Assembly: GCA_011050465.1 (NCBI GenBank)
Contig: DRFQ01000001.1
Span: forward strand, 114,860-178,859
From: Candidatus Nealsonbacteria bacterium
GTDB lineage: Bacteria > Patescibacteriota > Minisyncoccia > Minisyncoccales > RBG-13-36-15
Direction: 5' to 3'
Length of the DNA stretch: 64,000 nucleotides
Every line of letters starts with the position of its first letter. Position 1 is the first letter of the stretch. The position numbers and the translations under genes were made by a program. Below the pieces are notes generated by a model that ran no database searches, had not been told where the DNA came from, and saw only the letters and a program-made list of their open reading frames with translations. This document shows, in pieces, positions 18,083-27,538 of this stretch.

Positions 18083-19528
18083 TTATTCTCCTTTAATTAC
18101 GGCTAAAGGTACAAGTCTGGCTACTTTTTTAGACAAACCTGCCCGATGAACCACCTCAACAACATTATCGATGTCCTTATAGGCCTGAGGGGCCTCTTCG
18201 GCAATACCCCTCAAACTCCAACATTTAATTAATATCCCCTTATTCTTTAATTCTTGAATTAACTGCTGAGGATTAACTCTTCTAACTGCCTCTCTTCGGG
18301 ACATAGTTCTACCTGCGCCGTGGCAAGTACTAAACCAAGCTTCTTCCCCTTTCTGGGTTCCTACTAAAATGTAAGAGGCAGTACCCATAGAGCCTGGAAT
18401 TATAACTGGTTGTCCGGTTTCTCGATATTTTTCTGGGATTTCTGGGTGGCCCGACGGAAAAGCTCTGGTTGCCCCTTTTCGATGAACACAAACCTCTATT
18501 TCTTTTTCATTAATCTTATATTTCTCAATTTTAGCAATATTATGAGCAACATCATATAAAACAGTTAAAGATAAAGCTTTTTCCCCTAAAACCGATTTCC
18601 AGGCCTTTCTAATATAATGAGTAATCATCTGACGATTAGCCCAGGCGTAATTTGCCCCGCAAGCCATAGCTGAAAAATATCTCTGGCCTTCGCTTGATTT
18701 CAAGGGACAGGCAGCCAGCTCGCGATCGGGAAGATCTATTTGATATTTGGGCATGGCTTGCATCATCAACCTGATATAATCTGTGGCTATCTGATGACCA
18801 AGACCCCTAGAACCTGTATGAATCATAATAACTACTTGGTCTTGAACTAAGCCGAAATCTTCAGATATTTTTCCATCAAAAATTTCATCAACTTTCTGAA
18901 TTTCTAGAAAATGATTACCAGAGCCTAAGGTCCCCACTTGGTCTCTCCCTCGGTTCTTGGCCCTATCAGAAACCATTGAAGGATCGGCCTGTTGCAATTT
19001 CCCTTCGGTTTCACAATTTTCAATATCTTCTTTTTCGCCATACCCTTGCTCAACTAATCTTTGAGCGCCTCCTTCTAAAATTTTATTCAGAGAAGAAAAA
19101 TCGATTTTTATTTGTCTCCCCTGACCTAATCCCGAAGGAACTTCTTTTTGAATTTCAGTTGCTAAGTTTTCTAAATAAGGTTTAATATCTTTCTCTGAAT
19201 AATCAGATTTTAAAAGTCTCATTCCGCAATTAATATCATAACCTACCCCTCCTGGCGAAATTACCCCGTCTGAAAGACGGGTAGCAGCTATCCCTCCGAT
19301 CGGAAAACCATAACCCTCATGCATGTCAGGCATTGCCATGCTGTATTTTACAATGCCAGGCAGGGTGGCAATATTGACTAACTGCCCAAGCGACCTATCT
19401 TTAAATGACTCTTCTAACATCTTTTCTGAAACATAAGCTCTGGCCGGAACCTTCATATCTGACCGAAAACTCTTTGGGATCTCCCATAAATAATCATGGA
19501 TTTTTATAAAATCTTTTTTCTGAAGCAT
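18083..19528 (-). CDS. rtcB: RNA-splicing ligase RtcB
   Basis: 481 aa; 'DINCGMRL', 'GSGNHFLEIQ', 'HTGSRGLGHQ', 'CHGAGR' RtcB active-site motifs. Confidence 0.9.
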   Translation of the reverse strand: MLQKKDFIKIHDYLWEIPKSFRSDMKVPARAYVSEKMLEESFKDRSLGQLVNIATLPGIVKYSMAMPDMHEGYGFPIGGIAATRLSDGVISPGGVGYDINCGMRLLKSDYSEKDIKPYLENLATEIQKEVPSGLGQGRQIKIDFSSLNKILEGGAQRLVEQGYGEKEDIENCETEGKLQQADPSMVSDRAKNRGRDQVGTLGSGNHFLEIQKVDEIFDGKISEDFGLVQDQVVIMIHTGSRGLGHQIATDYIRLMMQAMPKYQIDLPDRELAACPLKSSEGQRYFSAMACGANYAWANRQMITHYIRKAWKSVLGEKALSLTVLYDVAHNIAKIEKYKINEKEIEVCVHRKGATRAFPSGHPEIPEKYRETGQPVIIPGSMGTASYILVGTQKGEEAWFSTCHGAGRTMSRREAVRRVNPQQLIQELKNKGILIKCWSLRGIAEEAPQAYKDIDNVVEVVHRAGLSKKVARLVPLAVIKGE

Positions 19529-19794
19529 ATTTTGATATACCCTGTTATTTTACTCGATTTCTTTAAAAATGAAAAGCCCCAAAGTAGAACAAAGTTCACT
19601 TCGGGACTAGTCCCGCACCGAGATTTGCTCTGGTGAGGGGGCCGTGAAAACACGGCAACATTTGGCTAAAATAGTCTATTGAATTTATTGGAGCATTTTT
19701 TCGCTTTTCTTAATTCTGCTTTAATTTTCTTTAAAACTTCCGCAATAAACTCTTTTCTGTTTTCAGTTTTTTGAAGATCAACGAAGTTCATATG

Positions 19795-20035
19795 TCAAAA
19801 AGTCGCTCGCTCTCCTCCAGTCTTCTCGCCTCGTCTTCGCCTCGGTGAAGCGGGCGACTGGCGCCATTCGGTCTTCGGGCTCACTCCTTAGAAACCCTCG
19901 GCACTTCGTCCTGAGCCCTTCGGCAGTGAGCTCAGGACGAATCTGCTCAGTATCGAAGGATTTCTGGCGTTTCTGCCTCAACGGCAGAAGCCTGTTTTTT
20001 TTCACCCCCCCCACCTTTCGAGGTGTTGACAATGT
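19795..20035. repeat. Composite GC-rich repeat region (GTCCTGAGC hairpin family)
   Basis: Perfect 12-bp inverted repeat ttcgtcctgagc/gctcaggacgaa, plus gtatcgaaggatttct and aagcctgtttttttt blocks shared with 26020-26060, 3420-3470, 40560-40600 and 16600-16640. The 84-aa ORF predicted across it is considered spurious. Confidence 0.4.
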
Positions 20036-20140
20036 AAATGTCTAAAGAATAATAAATTACGTAGAATAATTTACGAAAGGTGAGGGGGCAAGCGGGGAGA
20101 TACCCAATCTCCCCGACTCTTTCTGTATCTTTTTGACATT

Positions 20141-21916
20141 TTAAATGTCAAAAAGTACTGTTGCTTCCCAGGTGTCGTCTGTTCTCTGACGGATATTTAA
20201 GTCATGGTGGGTCACGGCCTTAATGTCTTCGCCAAAGTTTTTAACTTTTTGGCCAAAAAGTTCTCCTTCAAGATTAGCTTGCCCTGAACCCATTGAAGGG
20301 CTATCTGAAAATTTTCGGAATTTAACACTCGAATAAACCTCTTTATTGACCTGGTTTAAATAAAGAATTTCACTCAAGAAGTCGACCAGGAGGGCCGACA
20401 AATCAAGGGAGGTTATTTTAATTTCTCTGCTTATTTTTTGTTCAGATTTTCCAATCTTTGGCTTCATACTTTCTTCCATACCCGAGAGAGCGTTGGAAAA
20501 TAACTCTTTCTTAGTTGAGCCAAAAGCTTTAATTTTTAAATCTGCTTTATGCTCAAGTATTTCGTATTTTTTCCATAAATTCAGGTTTTGAAATTCTTCT
20601 CTAACAATTTTTTTATCATCCCAAGGAATTTTTTTTCCGCCAGCTACACATATCCAGGGCTCTGATCCCTTTCCGGTAATAATCAACTTGTCTCCAGGCT
20701 CTGCAAATTTCAAAGCCACCCTAATTGCCTCTTTTCTATCGAGAATTCTATGAAGCGGAACAGATATGTCTTCGTCTGCGGCAGCTCCTTCAACGCCATT
20801 GGCTACCTCCTCGATAATCTTCATTGGGTCTTCATCGTAAGGGTCCTCATTGGTGATAAAAATTCGATCACAATGTTGAGAAGCCAATTTTCCTAAAATC
20901 GGTCTTTTCCACTTATCTCTACCTCCTCCTGCCGCACCCAAAACACAAATCATTTTAGAATCGGACTTGTTAAGTTCTGGCCCCAGTTTCTTTATGGTTT
21001 TATAAACTTTTTCCAAGGCAGCAGGAGTAAAAGCGTAGTCAACAAAAACTTTGAAGGGTTTGGAAATTACAAGTTCCATTCTCCCTGGAATTCCCTCAAT
21101 TTCTTCCAGGGCTGATTTACAAATCTCTAGAGAAATAGCCTGAGATAAACCGACACATATTGCTGCTAGGGCATTATATATATTAAATTCACCGAGTAGA
21201 TTGAGCTTAAACTGGGTTTTCTCGATCCAAAAAGTAATTCCCTCTCTTTCTAGCATCCAAAAATAATTAGTGGCTCGTACTTGTTTATAGACTAACTCAT
21301 CATTTTCTTCATCTGCTGGCTGCCAGCTACCCGTTCCTAAGCCGTAACCATATTTTTCATCGGCTGGGAAATTTAAAAAATAACCAGCTGCTTCGTCATC
21401 CAAATTAACGATGCTGATTCTTCTGCCTTTTAGGGATTGAAATAATTTTCCTTTCGCTTCTTTGTATTTTTCAAAAGAGCCATGGGCTTCGATATGTTCC
21501 GGGGTTAAATTAGTAAATACGGATATATCAAAATTGATGAATTTGTGTCGATATTGTTTTATCCCCTCGGATGTTACTTCTAAAATTGCGTACTGGCACC
21601 CAGAATCTAAAGCCTTTCTTAAGAATTTTTGCAGTTGAAAACGACCGGGCATGGTTTGTTTCAAAAGATTCGACCATTCTTTCTCTCTAATTTTAAATTT
21701 AATAGACGACAGAGAAGCTATTTTATATCCTGCTTTTTCGAAAATTTTAGTTATTAGCTCTATTACCGTTGACTTTCCGTTAGTCCCGGTAACTCCAACA
21801 ACTTTTAAGCTTTTTGACGGAAACCGGTACAAAATAGCACCGCAAAAAGCTAAGAAAAAATGGTACCAACTGACTAAAAACGAAGGGATGAGTTTTTTGG
21901 CAATATTCTTTATCAT
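20141..21916 (-). CDS. Mur-ligase-family enzyme (N-terminal TM; MurE/MurF/PgsB-like) translationally fused to a C-terminal archease domain
   Basis: 591 aa; 'GVTGTNGKST' P-loop, 'TNLTPEHIEAHGS', 'DYAFTP' Mur ligase motifs in residues about 1-440. Residues about 450-591 'YEILEHKADLKIKAFGSTKKELFSNA...EDIKAVTHHDLNIRQ...WEATVLFDI' match the archease signature. No stop codon and no ATG separate the two parts. Confidence 0.7.
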   Translation of the reverse strand: MIKNIAKKLIPSFLVSWYHFFLAFCGAILYRFPSKSLKVVGVTGTNGKSTVIELITKIFEKAGYKIASLSSIKFKIREKEWSNLLKQTMPGRFQLQKFLRKALDSGCQYAILEVTSEGIKQYRHKFINFDISVFTNLTPEHIEAHGSFEKYKEAKGKLFQSLKGRRISIVNLDDEAAGYFLNFPADEKYGYGLGTGSWQPADEENDELVYKQVRATNYFWMLEREGITFWIEKTQFKLNLLGEFNIYNALAAICVGLSQAISLEICKSALEEIEGIPGRMELVISKPFKVFVDYAFTPAALEKVYKTIKKLGPELNKSDSKMICVLGAAGGGRDKWKRPILGKLASQHCDRIFITNEDPYDEDPMKIIEEVANGVEGAAADEDISVPLHRILDRKEAIRVALKFAEPGDKLIITGKGSEPWICVAGGKKIPWDDKKIVREEFQNLNLWKKYEILEHKADLKIKAFGSTKKELFSNALSGMEESMKPKIGKSEQKISREIKITSLDLSALLVDFLSEILYLNQVNKEVYSSVKFRKFSDSPSMGSGQANLEGELFGQKVKNFGEDIKAVTHHDLNIRQRTDDTWEATVLFDI

Positions 21917-22797
21917 TAAATTTGCCGGTCAATTGCTTCTGAAATTAATTTTAAATCTACCATTAATGTCTTAAATCCGAAGAAACTTAAAGATTGAGGA
22001 CCATCAGATAGGGCTTTTTCGGGTTGAGGATGGATTTCAATTAAAAGACCATCTGCTCCAGCAGCTACGGCTCCCTTAGCTAAAGAGGGAACAAATTCTC
22101 TCTGGCCGGCTGGATGGCTTGGATCGACAATAATAGGTAGGTGACTTATTTTTTTTACTACGGCGATTGAGCTTATATCAAGGGTAAATCTAGTTGAGGT
22201 TTCAAAGGTTCTTATCCCTCTTTCACATAAAAGAACCCGGGAATTACCCTCTTTTAGAATATATTCAGCTGCTGCCAACCATTCTTCAATAGTGGCCGCC
22301 AAGCCTCTCTTTAAAACTACTGGTTTTCGGCTTTTGCCTACCGACTTAAGTAAAGAGTAATTCTGCATATTTCTGGCACCAATTTGTAAAATATCTGCAT
22401 ATTTTGCCACCAGAGAAACATTTTCTGGTTTTAAAACCTCGGTAATTGTCAAAAGGCCTGTTTCTTTTCCTACCGAAGCTAAAATTTTCAACCCTTTTTC
22501 TTCTAAGCCCTGGAAGCTATAAGGAGAGGTTCTGGGTTTAAAAGCCCCTCCTCGCAATATTTTTCCACCTAATTTTTTTACTAGTCTTCCACAAGCTAAA
22601 AGTTGTTGTTTATTTTCAATAGCACAGGGACCGGCCATAATAATAATATCTTTTCCGCCAACCTTTAAGTCGCCTATTTTAATAATAGTTTTTCCTTGTT
22701 GAGTTGTTCGGCTAGCTAATTTATAGGGCTTATTTGCCATTTTGATTTTCTCACCTTTGAATTTACCACAATTTGCCAAAGAAAAAAAGCCGGACAA
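21916..22797 (-). CDS. 3-deoxy-7-phosphoheptulonate (DAHP) synthase, class I-beta (AroG/KdsA superfamily)
   Basis: 'LRGGAFKPRTSPYSFQG', 'ILQIGARNMQN', 'IVDPSHPAG' match Thermotoga-type DAHP synthase. The true start is probably the internal ATG at 22740 (MANKPYK...). Confidence 0.7.
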   Translation of the reverse strand: MSGFFSLANCGKFKGEKIKMANKPYKLASRTTQQGKTIIKIGDLKVGGKDIIIMAGPCAIENKQQLLACGRLVKKLGGKILRGGAFKPRTSPYSFQGLEEKGLKILASVGKETGLLTITEVLKPENVSLVAKYADILQIGARNMQNYSLLKSVGKSRKPVVLKRGLAATIEEWLAAAEYILKEGNSRVLLCERGIRTFETSTRFTLDISSIAVVKKISHLPIIVDPSHPAGQREFVPSLAKGAVAAGADGLLIEIHPQPEKALSDGPQSLSFFGFKTLMVDLKLISEAIDRQI

Positions 22798-22842
22798 AAG
22801 AGTCGGTTCCGGAATCCGGCTGATGAATTTGTTGCCTAAAAA

Positions 22843-23415
22843 TCATCTAAGACGTTTTCCTAAGATTTTAAGGGCTTCTTTCACTCTATCCTCGATGTCT
22901 GTCGTCTCTTCTGGGATTTTAGTCAAGGCCTCTTTTATTGTCTGGCGAGGGAAACCAAGATTAATTAAAATCTGGGAAGTCTCATCTTCCGGGGTGGATT
23001 TTTTCTTCGGAGGAGATTTTATCTTCCGAGACAACTCCAGAATGATTATTTGGGCTTTTTTCTTGCCGATACCAAAGATTTCTTTAATATTTTTTTCATC
23101 TTCTTGCTCAAGGGCCTCTTTAATTTTCTCTATTGGTCCTAGGGAAGAAATCTCTAGAGCGGCTTTAGGGCCAATACTGGGAAGACCTATTAAAAGTTCG
23201 AAAGATTCTAGCCCTTCTTGGCTCAAAAATCCATAAACATCCAGGGCTCGTTCTCTAACGTTCAAATAACAAAAAAGCTTGAAGTCATCTGTTTTTTGTG
23301 GTATCTTATTGAGTGTTTTCTGAGGTAAAAAAACTTTGTAACCCACTCCGTTAACATCCAGAATTATAAATTTTTCTCTTATAAGTATAATTTTTCCTCG
23401 AAGATAAGAAATCAT
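22843..23415 (-). CDS. ruvA: Holliday junction DNA helicase RuvA
   Basis: 190 aa; 'MISYLRGKI...VNGVGYKV' OB domain, tandem HhH 'LIGLPSIGPKAA' / 'IFGIGKKKAQ', C-terminal domain III. Confidence 0.85.
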   Translation of the reverse strand: MISYLRGKIILIREKFIILDVNGVGYKVFLPQKTLNKIPQKTDDFKLFCYLNVRERALDVYGFLSQEGLESFELLIGLPSIGPKAALEISSLGPIEKIKEALEQEDEKNIKEIFGIGKKKAQIIILELSRKIKSPPKKKSTPEDETSQILINLGFPRQTIKEALTKIPEETTDIEDRVKEALKILGKRLR

Positions 23416-23608
23416 AAACCCTTCACTGAAATGAACGATAAAATATAAGAACCTGCTTTGCAGAACCTTAATTCCTCGCTTTGCTCGTAATTAAAAGATA
23501 AAAAACAAATGTGCAAAGATGTGAAAATGTTTTTCTGTGTTTATATTTTTGTTTCTAATGTTTCTTCTTTGATCTTTTATTTTCCAGACATCAATAAGTT
23601 AATTATAC

Positions 23609-25834
23609 ATGAGATTTAAACTTTACTCAAAGTTCAGACCTACGGGCGGTCAGCCCAAGACAATCGAAAAGTTAACAAGAAATTTAAAGGCTGGGGTCCG
23701 CCATAATGTTTTATTAGGAGTAACAGGCTCTGGGAAAACAGCTATTATGAGTTGGATTATAGAAAAAATTCAAAAACCCGTGCTTTTGATAGTGGCCAAT
23801 AAAACCTTGGCCGCTCAATTATATCAAGAGTTCAAGGAATTTTTCCCAAAAAATGGCGTCCATTATTTTGTCTCCTACTATGATTATTATCAGCCGGAAG
23901 CCTACATCCCCCAAACAGATACATATATTGAAAAGGACGCTAAAATCAACGAAGAAATCGACAGATTAAGGCACGCTGCCATCCAGGATTTGTTGAATAG
24001 ACGAGACTGTGTTGTGATAGCCTCTGTCTCTTGTATCTATAATATCGGTTCTCCTAAGGTCTATCGAAAAGTATCCTTAGAAATTAAGTCTGGCCAAAAA
24101 ATTAAGAGGAGAACATTTTTAAAACACCTAACCGGCCTACGGTACCAGAGGAACGATATTGATTTTAAACCCGGATCATTCCGAGTCAGGGGGAATATTG
24201 TTGATATTTATTTGGTCACCGGAGAGAAGATTTTAAGAATAGAATTCTTGGGCGATAAAATAAATAATACTTTCATTACACCCGCCGCTTTGGCTCCTGG
24301 GTACCCACTGTTCGCACACAGTAAAGCACTGAACGCTAAATACCAACTTTTTCCTGCTCATTTTTGGGTTACTCCTCAAGAAAAACTGAATATTGCCATT
24401 GAAAATATAAAATTAGAGTTACAAGAAAAGTTAAAAGAATTCGGCAAGAAGAATAAAGAAGCTCCCGCCCTAAAAGGGCGAGGCTCGCTCAATTTGGTTG
24501 AGCGGCAAAGATTAGAACGACGAACAAAATATGATTTAGAAATGTTAAAAGAATCTGGTTTCTGTCATGGAATTGAAAATTATTCAAGGCATCTCGAATT
24601 TAGAAAGATTGGGGAACCGCCCTATACTTTGATGGATTATTTCTCTAAAGATTTCTTAATTTTTATCGACGAATCGCACTTGACCATACCTCAATTAAAA
24701 GCTATGGCGATCCAAGACAGAGCAAGAAAAGAAACTTTAATCGAACACGGCTTCAGACTTCCTTCGGCAGTTGATAATCGTCCGTTAACATTCGAAGAAT
24801 TTAATAAAAAGGCGGGCCAAATAATCTATTTTTCGGCTACTCCTAATAAATACGAGATAGAAAAAACTCTTCGACCCATTCAATCAATTCCCGTTCGAGG
24901 GCCTGAGCGGCCCCTCAGGGCCAGTCGAAGGCAGGGTCACCCCGAAGACCTTGAATGGCGACAATCCAAGGGTAAACTAGATAAAAAACTCGACACCAAA
25001 GCAAAGCACGGCGCCGAATCAGCCCGAGAATTAAACAAAATTTCCCCTCGGCCCGAGGACATTCGACCGAGCTCAGCCGAGGACCTCGGGACGAAGGCTG
25101 GTACGGAACACATCGTTGAACAATTAATTAGGCCAACTGGTCTCTTAGAGCCATCGATTGAAATTAGACCAACCAAGAATCAAGTTAAAGATTTAATTAA
25201 AGAAATCAAGAAAATGGTCGGGAAAAAACAAAGAACACTGGCCTTAACCTTGACCAAAAGATTAGCAGAAGATCTATCGGGTTATTTAACTGAAGAAGGA
25301 GTTTTGAGCCAATGGCTTCACTCAGAGATTAAAACATTAGAAAGACCGCAGATTCTAAAAGGTTTAAGAGAGGGAAAATATGATGTCTTGGTGGGAATTA
25401 ATCTTTTGAGGGAAGGCTTAGATTTACCAGAAGTAGCTTTGGTGGCTATTTTAGACGCTGATAAAGAAGGTTTTTTGAGGTCGAAAACCACCTTAATCCA
25501 AACAATGGGCAGGGCAGCCCGTCATCTCAATGGTCATGTTATTTTATATGCCGATAAAATCACCCGTTCTATACAAGAAGCAATTCAGGAAGTTAAAAGA
25601 AGACGGAAAATTCAGATGGAATATAATATGATTCACAAAATCACCCCTGCTCCAATTATAAAAGAAATTAGAGAATGGCCTTTTGCTAAAAAAGAGGCGA
25701 TTAAGTCTGAGTTTTGGTTAATTCAGGATAAAAAACTTTTAGAAAAAGAGATGGAAATAGCGGCTAAAAACTTAGATTTTGAAAGAGCGGCTAAAATTAG
25801 AGACCTAATCGAAAAGATTAAAAATAAAAAATAA
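23609..25834 (+). CDS. uvrB: Excinuclease ABC subunit B (UvrB) carrying an in-frame insert of about 80 aa
   Basis: 741 aa; 'GVTGSGKT', 'YFVSYYDYYQPEAY', 'VEQLIRPTGLLEP', C-terminal UVR 'LEKEMEIAAKNLDFERAAKIRD'. Insert lies between 'YEIEKT' and 'EHIVEQLIRPTGL'. Confidence 0.9.
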   Translation: MRFKLYSKFRPTGGQPKTIEKLTRNLKAGVRHNVLLGVTGSGKTAIMSWIIEKIQKPVLLIVANKTLAAQLYQEFKEFFPKNGVHYFVSYYDYYQPEAYIPQTDTYIEKDAKINEEIDRLRHAAIQDLLNRRDCVVIASVSCIYNIGSPKVYRKVSLEIKSGQKIKRRTFLKHLTGLRYQRNDIDFKPGSFRVRGNIVDIYLVTGEKILRIEFLGDKINNTFITPAALAPGYPLFAHSKALNAKYQLFPAHFWVTPQEKLNIAIENIKLELQEKLKEFGKKNKEAPALKGRGSLNLVERQRLERRTKYDLEMLKESGFCHGIENYSRHLEFRKIGEPPYTLMDYFSKDFLIFIDESHLTIPQLKAMAIQDRARKETLIEHGFRLPSAVDNRPLTFEEFNKKAGQIIYFSATPNKYEIEKTLRPIQSIPVRGPERPLRASRRQGHPEDLEWRQSKGKLDKKLDTKAKHGAESARELNKISPRPEDIRPSSAEDLGTKAGTEHIVEQLIRPTGLLEPSIEIRPTKNQVKDLIKEIKKMVGKKQRTLALTLTKRLAEDLSGYLTEEGVLSQWLHSEIKTLERPQILKGLREGKYDVLVGINLLREGLDLPEVALVAILDADKEGFLRSKTTLIQTMGRAARHLNGHVILYADKITRSIQEAIQEVKRRRKIQMEYNMIHKITPAPIIKEIREWPFAKKEAIKSEFWLIQDKKLLEKEMEIAAKNLDFERAAKIRDLIEKIKNKK
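24870..25110. repeat. GC-rich palindromic insertion, in frame, inside uvrB
   Basis: Two GC-rich modules (cgagggcctgagcggcccctcagggccagtcgaagg; cccctcggcccgaggacattcgaccgagctcagccgaggacctcggg) flank an A-rich spacer. Contains short palindromes ctcggcccgag and cgaggacctcg. Shares GTCGAAGG / GAGCTCAG blocks with the intergenic GC-rich repeats. Confidence 0.45.
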
Positions 25835-25992
25835 AAAAGCGAAAACACAAATTAAAAATTTAAAAATATTTACACCTAAAGACCTCTCACTTGCACAATG
25901 TAATTTTATATCGTATTATATTAAAGGATAAACATTTTGTATATTTAATTTTAGAGAGCAGCGCTTATGCCAATAATAAAATCACGATCACA

Positions 25993-26106
25993 CGATTTCC
26001 CCCGACCCCTCTCTTTTAGACACCCACGGCACTTCGTCCTGAGCTCAGTGTCGAAGGATTTCTAACTCTCACTCACTCCGTTCGTTTTCCTCCACGGGGG
26101 AAATCG
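25993..26106. repeat. GC-rich element with CGATTTCCCCCG / CGGGGGAAATCG terminal inverted repeat
   Basis: 12-bp perfect TIR; interior ccccgacccctctcttttagacacc...cttcgtcctgagctcagtgtcgaaggatttctaac... homologous to 16541-16640 and to the 19897-19960 hairpin. Confidence 0.45.
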
Positions 26107-26181
26107 AGATTTTGTTCTAATTGAACCAACCAAGATTTTCTTAAAAACAAAAATAATATCTAACTTCACGCTTAATTTAAA

Positions 26182-26448
26182 ATGCCCATCACAAAATCTG
26201 CTAAAAAAGCTCTCCGTCAGAGCATAAAAAGAAGGACTAAAAATCTTCTCTATAAAAATAAAATAAAAAATCTCATTAAAGAGGTGCAAAAATTAGTTGC
26301 CGATAAAAAAATTGAAGAGGCTAAGAAGATTTTACCTAAAGTTTATAAAATCCTTGATAAAGCAGGTAAAGTTGGGGTAATTAAATTAAGGACTGCCGAT
26401 AGAAGAAAATCTAGGATCGCCAGGTTGATCGGTGGGTCTAAAGCGTAG
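26182..26448 (+). CDS. rpsT: 30S ribosomal protein bS20
   Basis: 88 aa; 'MPITKSAKKALRQSIKRR' and overall basic helical composition typical of S20. Confidence 0.8.
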   Translation: MPITKSAKKALRQSIKRRTKNLLYKNKIKNLIKEVQKLVADKKIEEAKKILPKVYKILDKAGKVGVIKLRTADRRKSRIARLIGGSKA

Positions 26449-26460
26449 AAGTGGCAGAAA

Positions 26461-26496
26461 ATTATAGACATCATGAACGATGTCTATAATTTTTGC
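26461..26496 (+). terminator. Intrinsic terminator after rpsT
   Basis: attatagacatc-atgaac-gatgtctataat followed by ttttt. Confidence 0.65.
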
Positions 26497-26524
26497 ATTT
26501 TACTTCAAAACAGCTTAATTTTAG

Positions 26525-27460
26525 TCATATCTCGGCAACCAATAAGTCTAAGGCCGTTTTGGCATCCACCTTTCCTGTTTTGATAGCTAGATCAAATTGA
26601 AAGATCTTTTGATAGATCTTTTTTAATTCGTCTAAAGAAAATTTTCTTGATTGTTCTACGGCTTTCCTCGCCACATAAGGATGCATTCCCCACCTCTTTG
26701 GAGATGTTGACAGATAGCCTGTGTTAAATTTATGGGATTTCATTATTAGTAAATTCCGAAATTGAAAATTAATCATTGAAAGAAGGTATAAAGGAGAATC
26801 TCCTTTTTCTAAATGTTGGTGAATTAAAGAAAAGGCGCTTCTTCTATTTCTAGCAGCAATCGCATCAATGGTTTTAAAAATATCTGTTTCAATTTTCGGA
26901 CGGATTAAAAGCTCAATATCATTTGTTTCAATTTTCTGATTGTATTTGTAAGCAACTAATTTTTGGATTTCTTTATTAAGCCGCCAGAGATCATTACCAA
27001 TGAAAGCAATAAGTTTCTCTAAAGGTTTCTGGTCTATTGTTGATCCAAGGTTCTTAAATTCTTTTTTCACCCAATTTATCAGCGGTTGACCGCTTAATGA
27101 CCTAAATTCTTGAGACTTTACGTGTTTCTTAAGAAATTTAAAAAGCTTGCCCTTTACTGGAATATCTTTGTCTTCGTAAAATAAAATTATATCTTTAGAA
27201 TTAATAAGTTTTTTAGAATCTTTGATGAAGTTTGTTTGAAAATTTTCATTTAAAATTGCGTTTTTCAAAACTATTAATTTTTTCCCAGCAAACATTGGAA
27301 TAGATTGAATCTCATTCTGAAAATCATTATAATCGTCTTTCTTGAAATCAAAATGTTTTAAATTGAATCCGTCTTTGTAGGTTTTTTTATAGTGATCAAC
27401 AATTTCATTAACTTTCTGACGAGATCTATAAGTATCTTGACCGTAAAGAAAGATGATCAT
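26525..27460 (-). CDS. holA: DNA polymerase III delta subunit (HolA)
   Basis: 311 aa; 'IFLYGQDTY' N-terminus, 'DIFKTIDAIAARNRRSAFSLI' and C-terminal 'FQFDLAIKTGKVDAKTALDLL' HolA-like helices. Confidence 0.6.
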   Translation of the reverse strand: MIIFLYGQDTYRSRQKVNEIVDHYKKTYKDGFNLKHFDFKKDDYNDFQNEIQSIPMFAGKKLIVLKNAILNENFQTNFIKDSKKLINSKDIILFYEDKDIPVKGKLFKFLKKHVKSQEFRSLSGQPLINWVKKEFKNLGSTIDQKPLEKLIAFIGNDLWRLNKEIQKLVAYKYNQKIETNDIELLIRPKIETDIFKTIDAIAARNRRSAFSLIHQHLEKGDSPLYLLSMINFQFRNLLIMKSHKFNTGYLSTSPKRWGMHPYVARKAVEQSRKFSLDELKKIYQKIFQFDLAIKTGKVDAKTALDLLVAEI

Positions 27461-27538
27461 AATAAAATTTCTAATTAACTTAATTTCTAAAAACTTTAGT
27501 CATTTAATCATTGATTTTGACTAAACACTAGAAGTCAA

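Noticed and set aside
19778-20045. 84-aa and 66-aa ORFs across the GC-rich repeat
   Set aside because: Sequence is a composite of palindromic repeats shared with other intergenic sites. Arg/Pro-rich translation is typical of GC-rich non-coding DNA.
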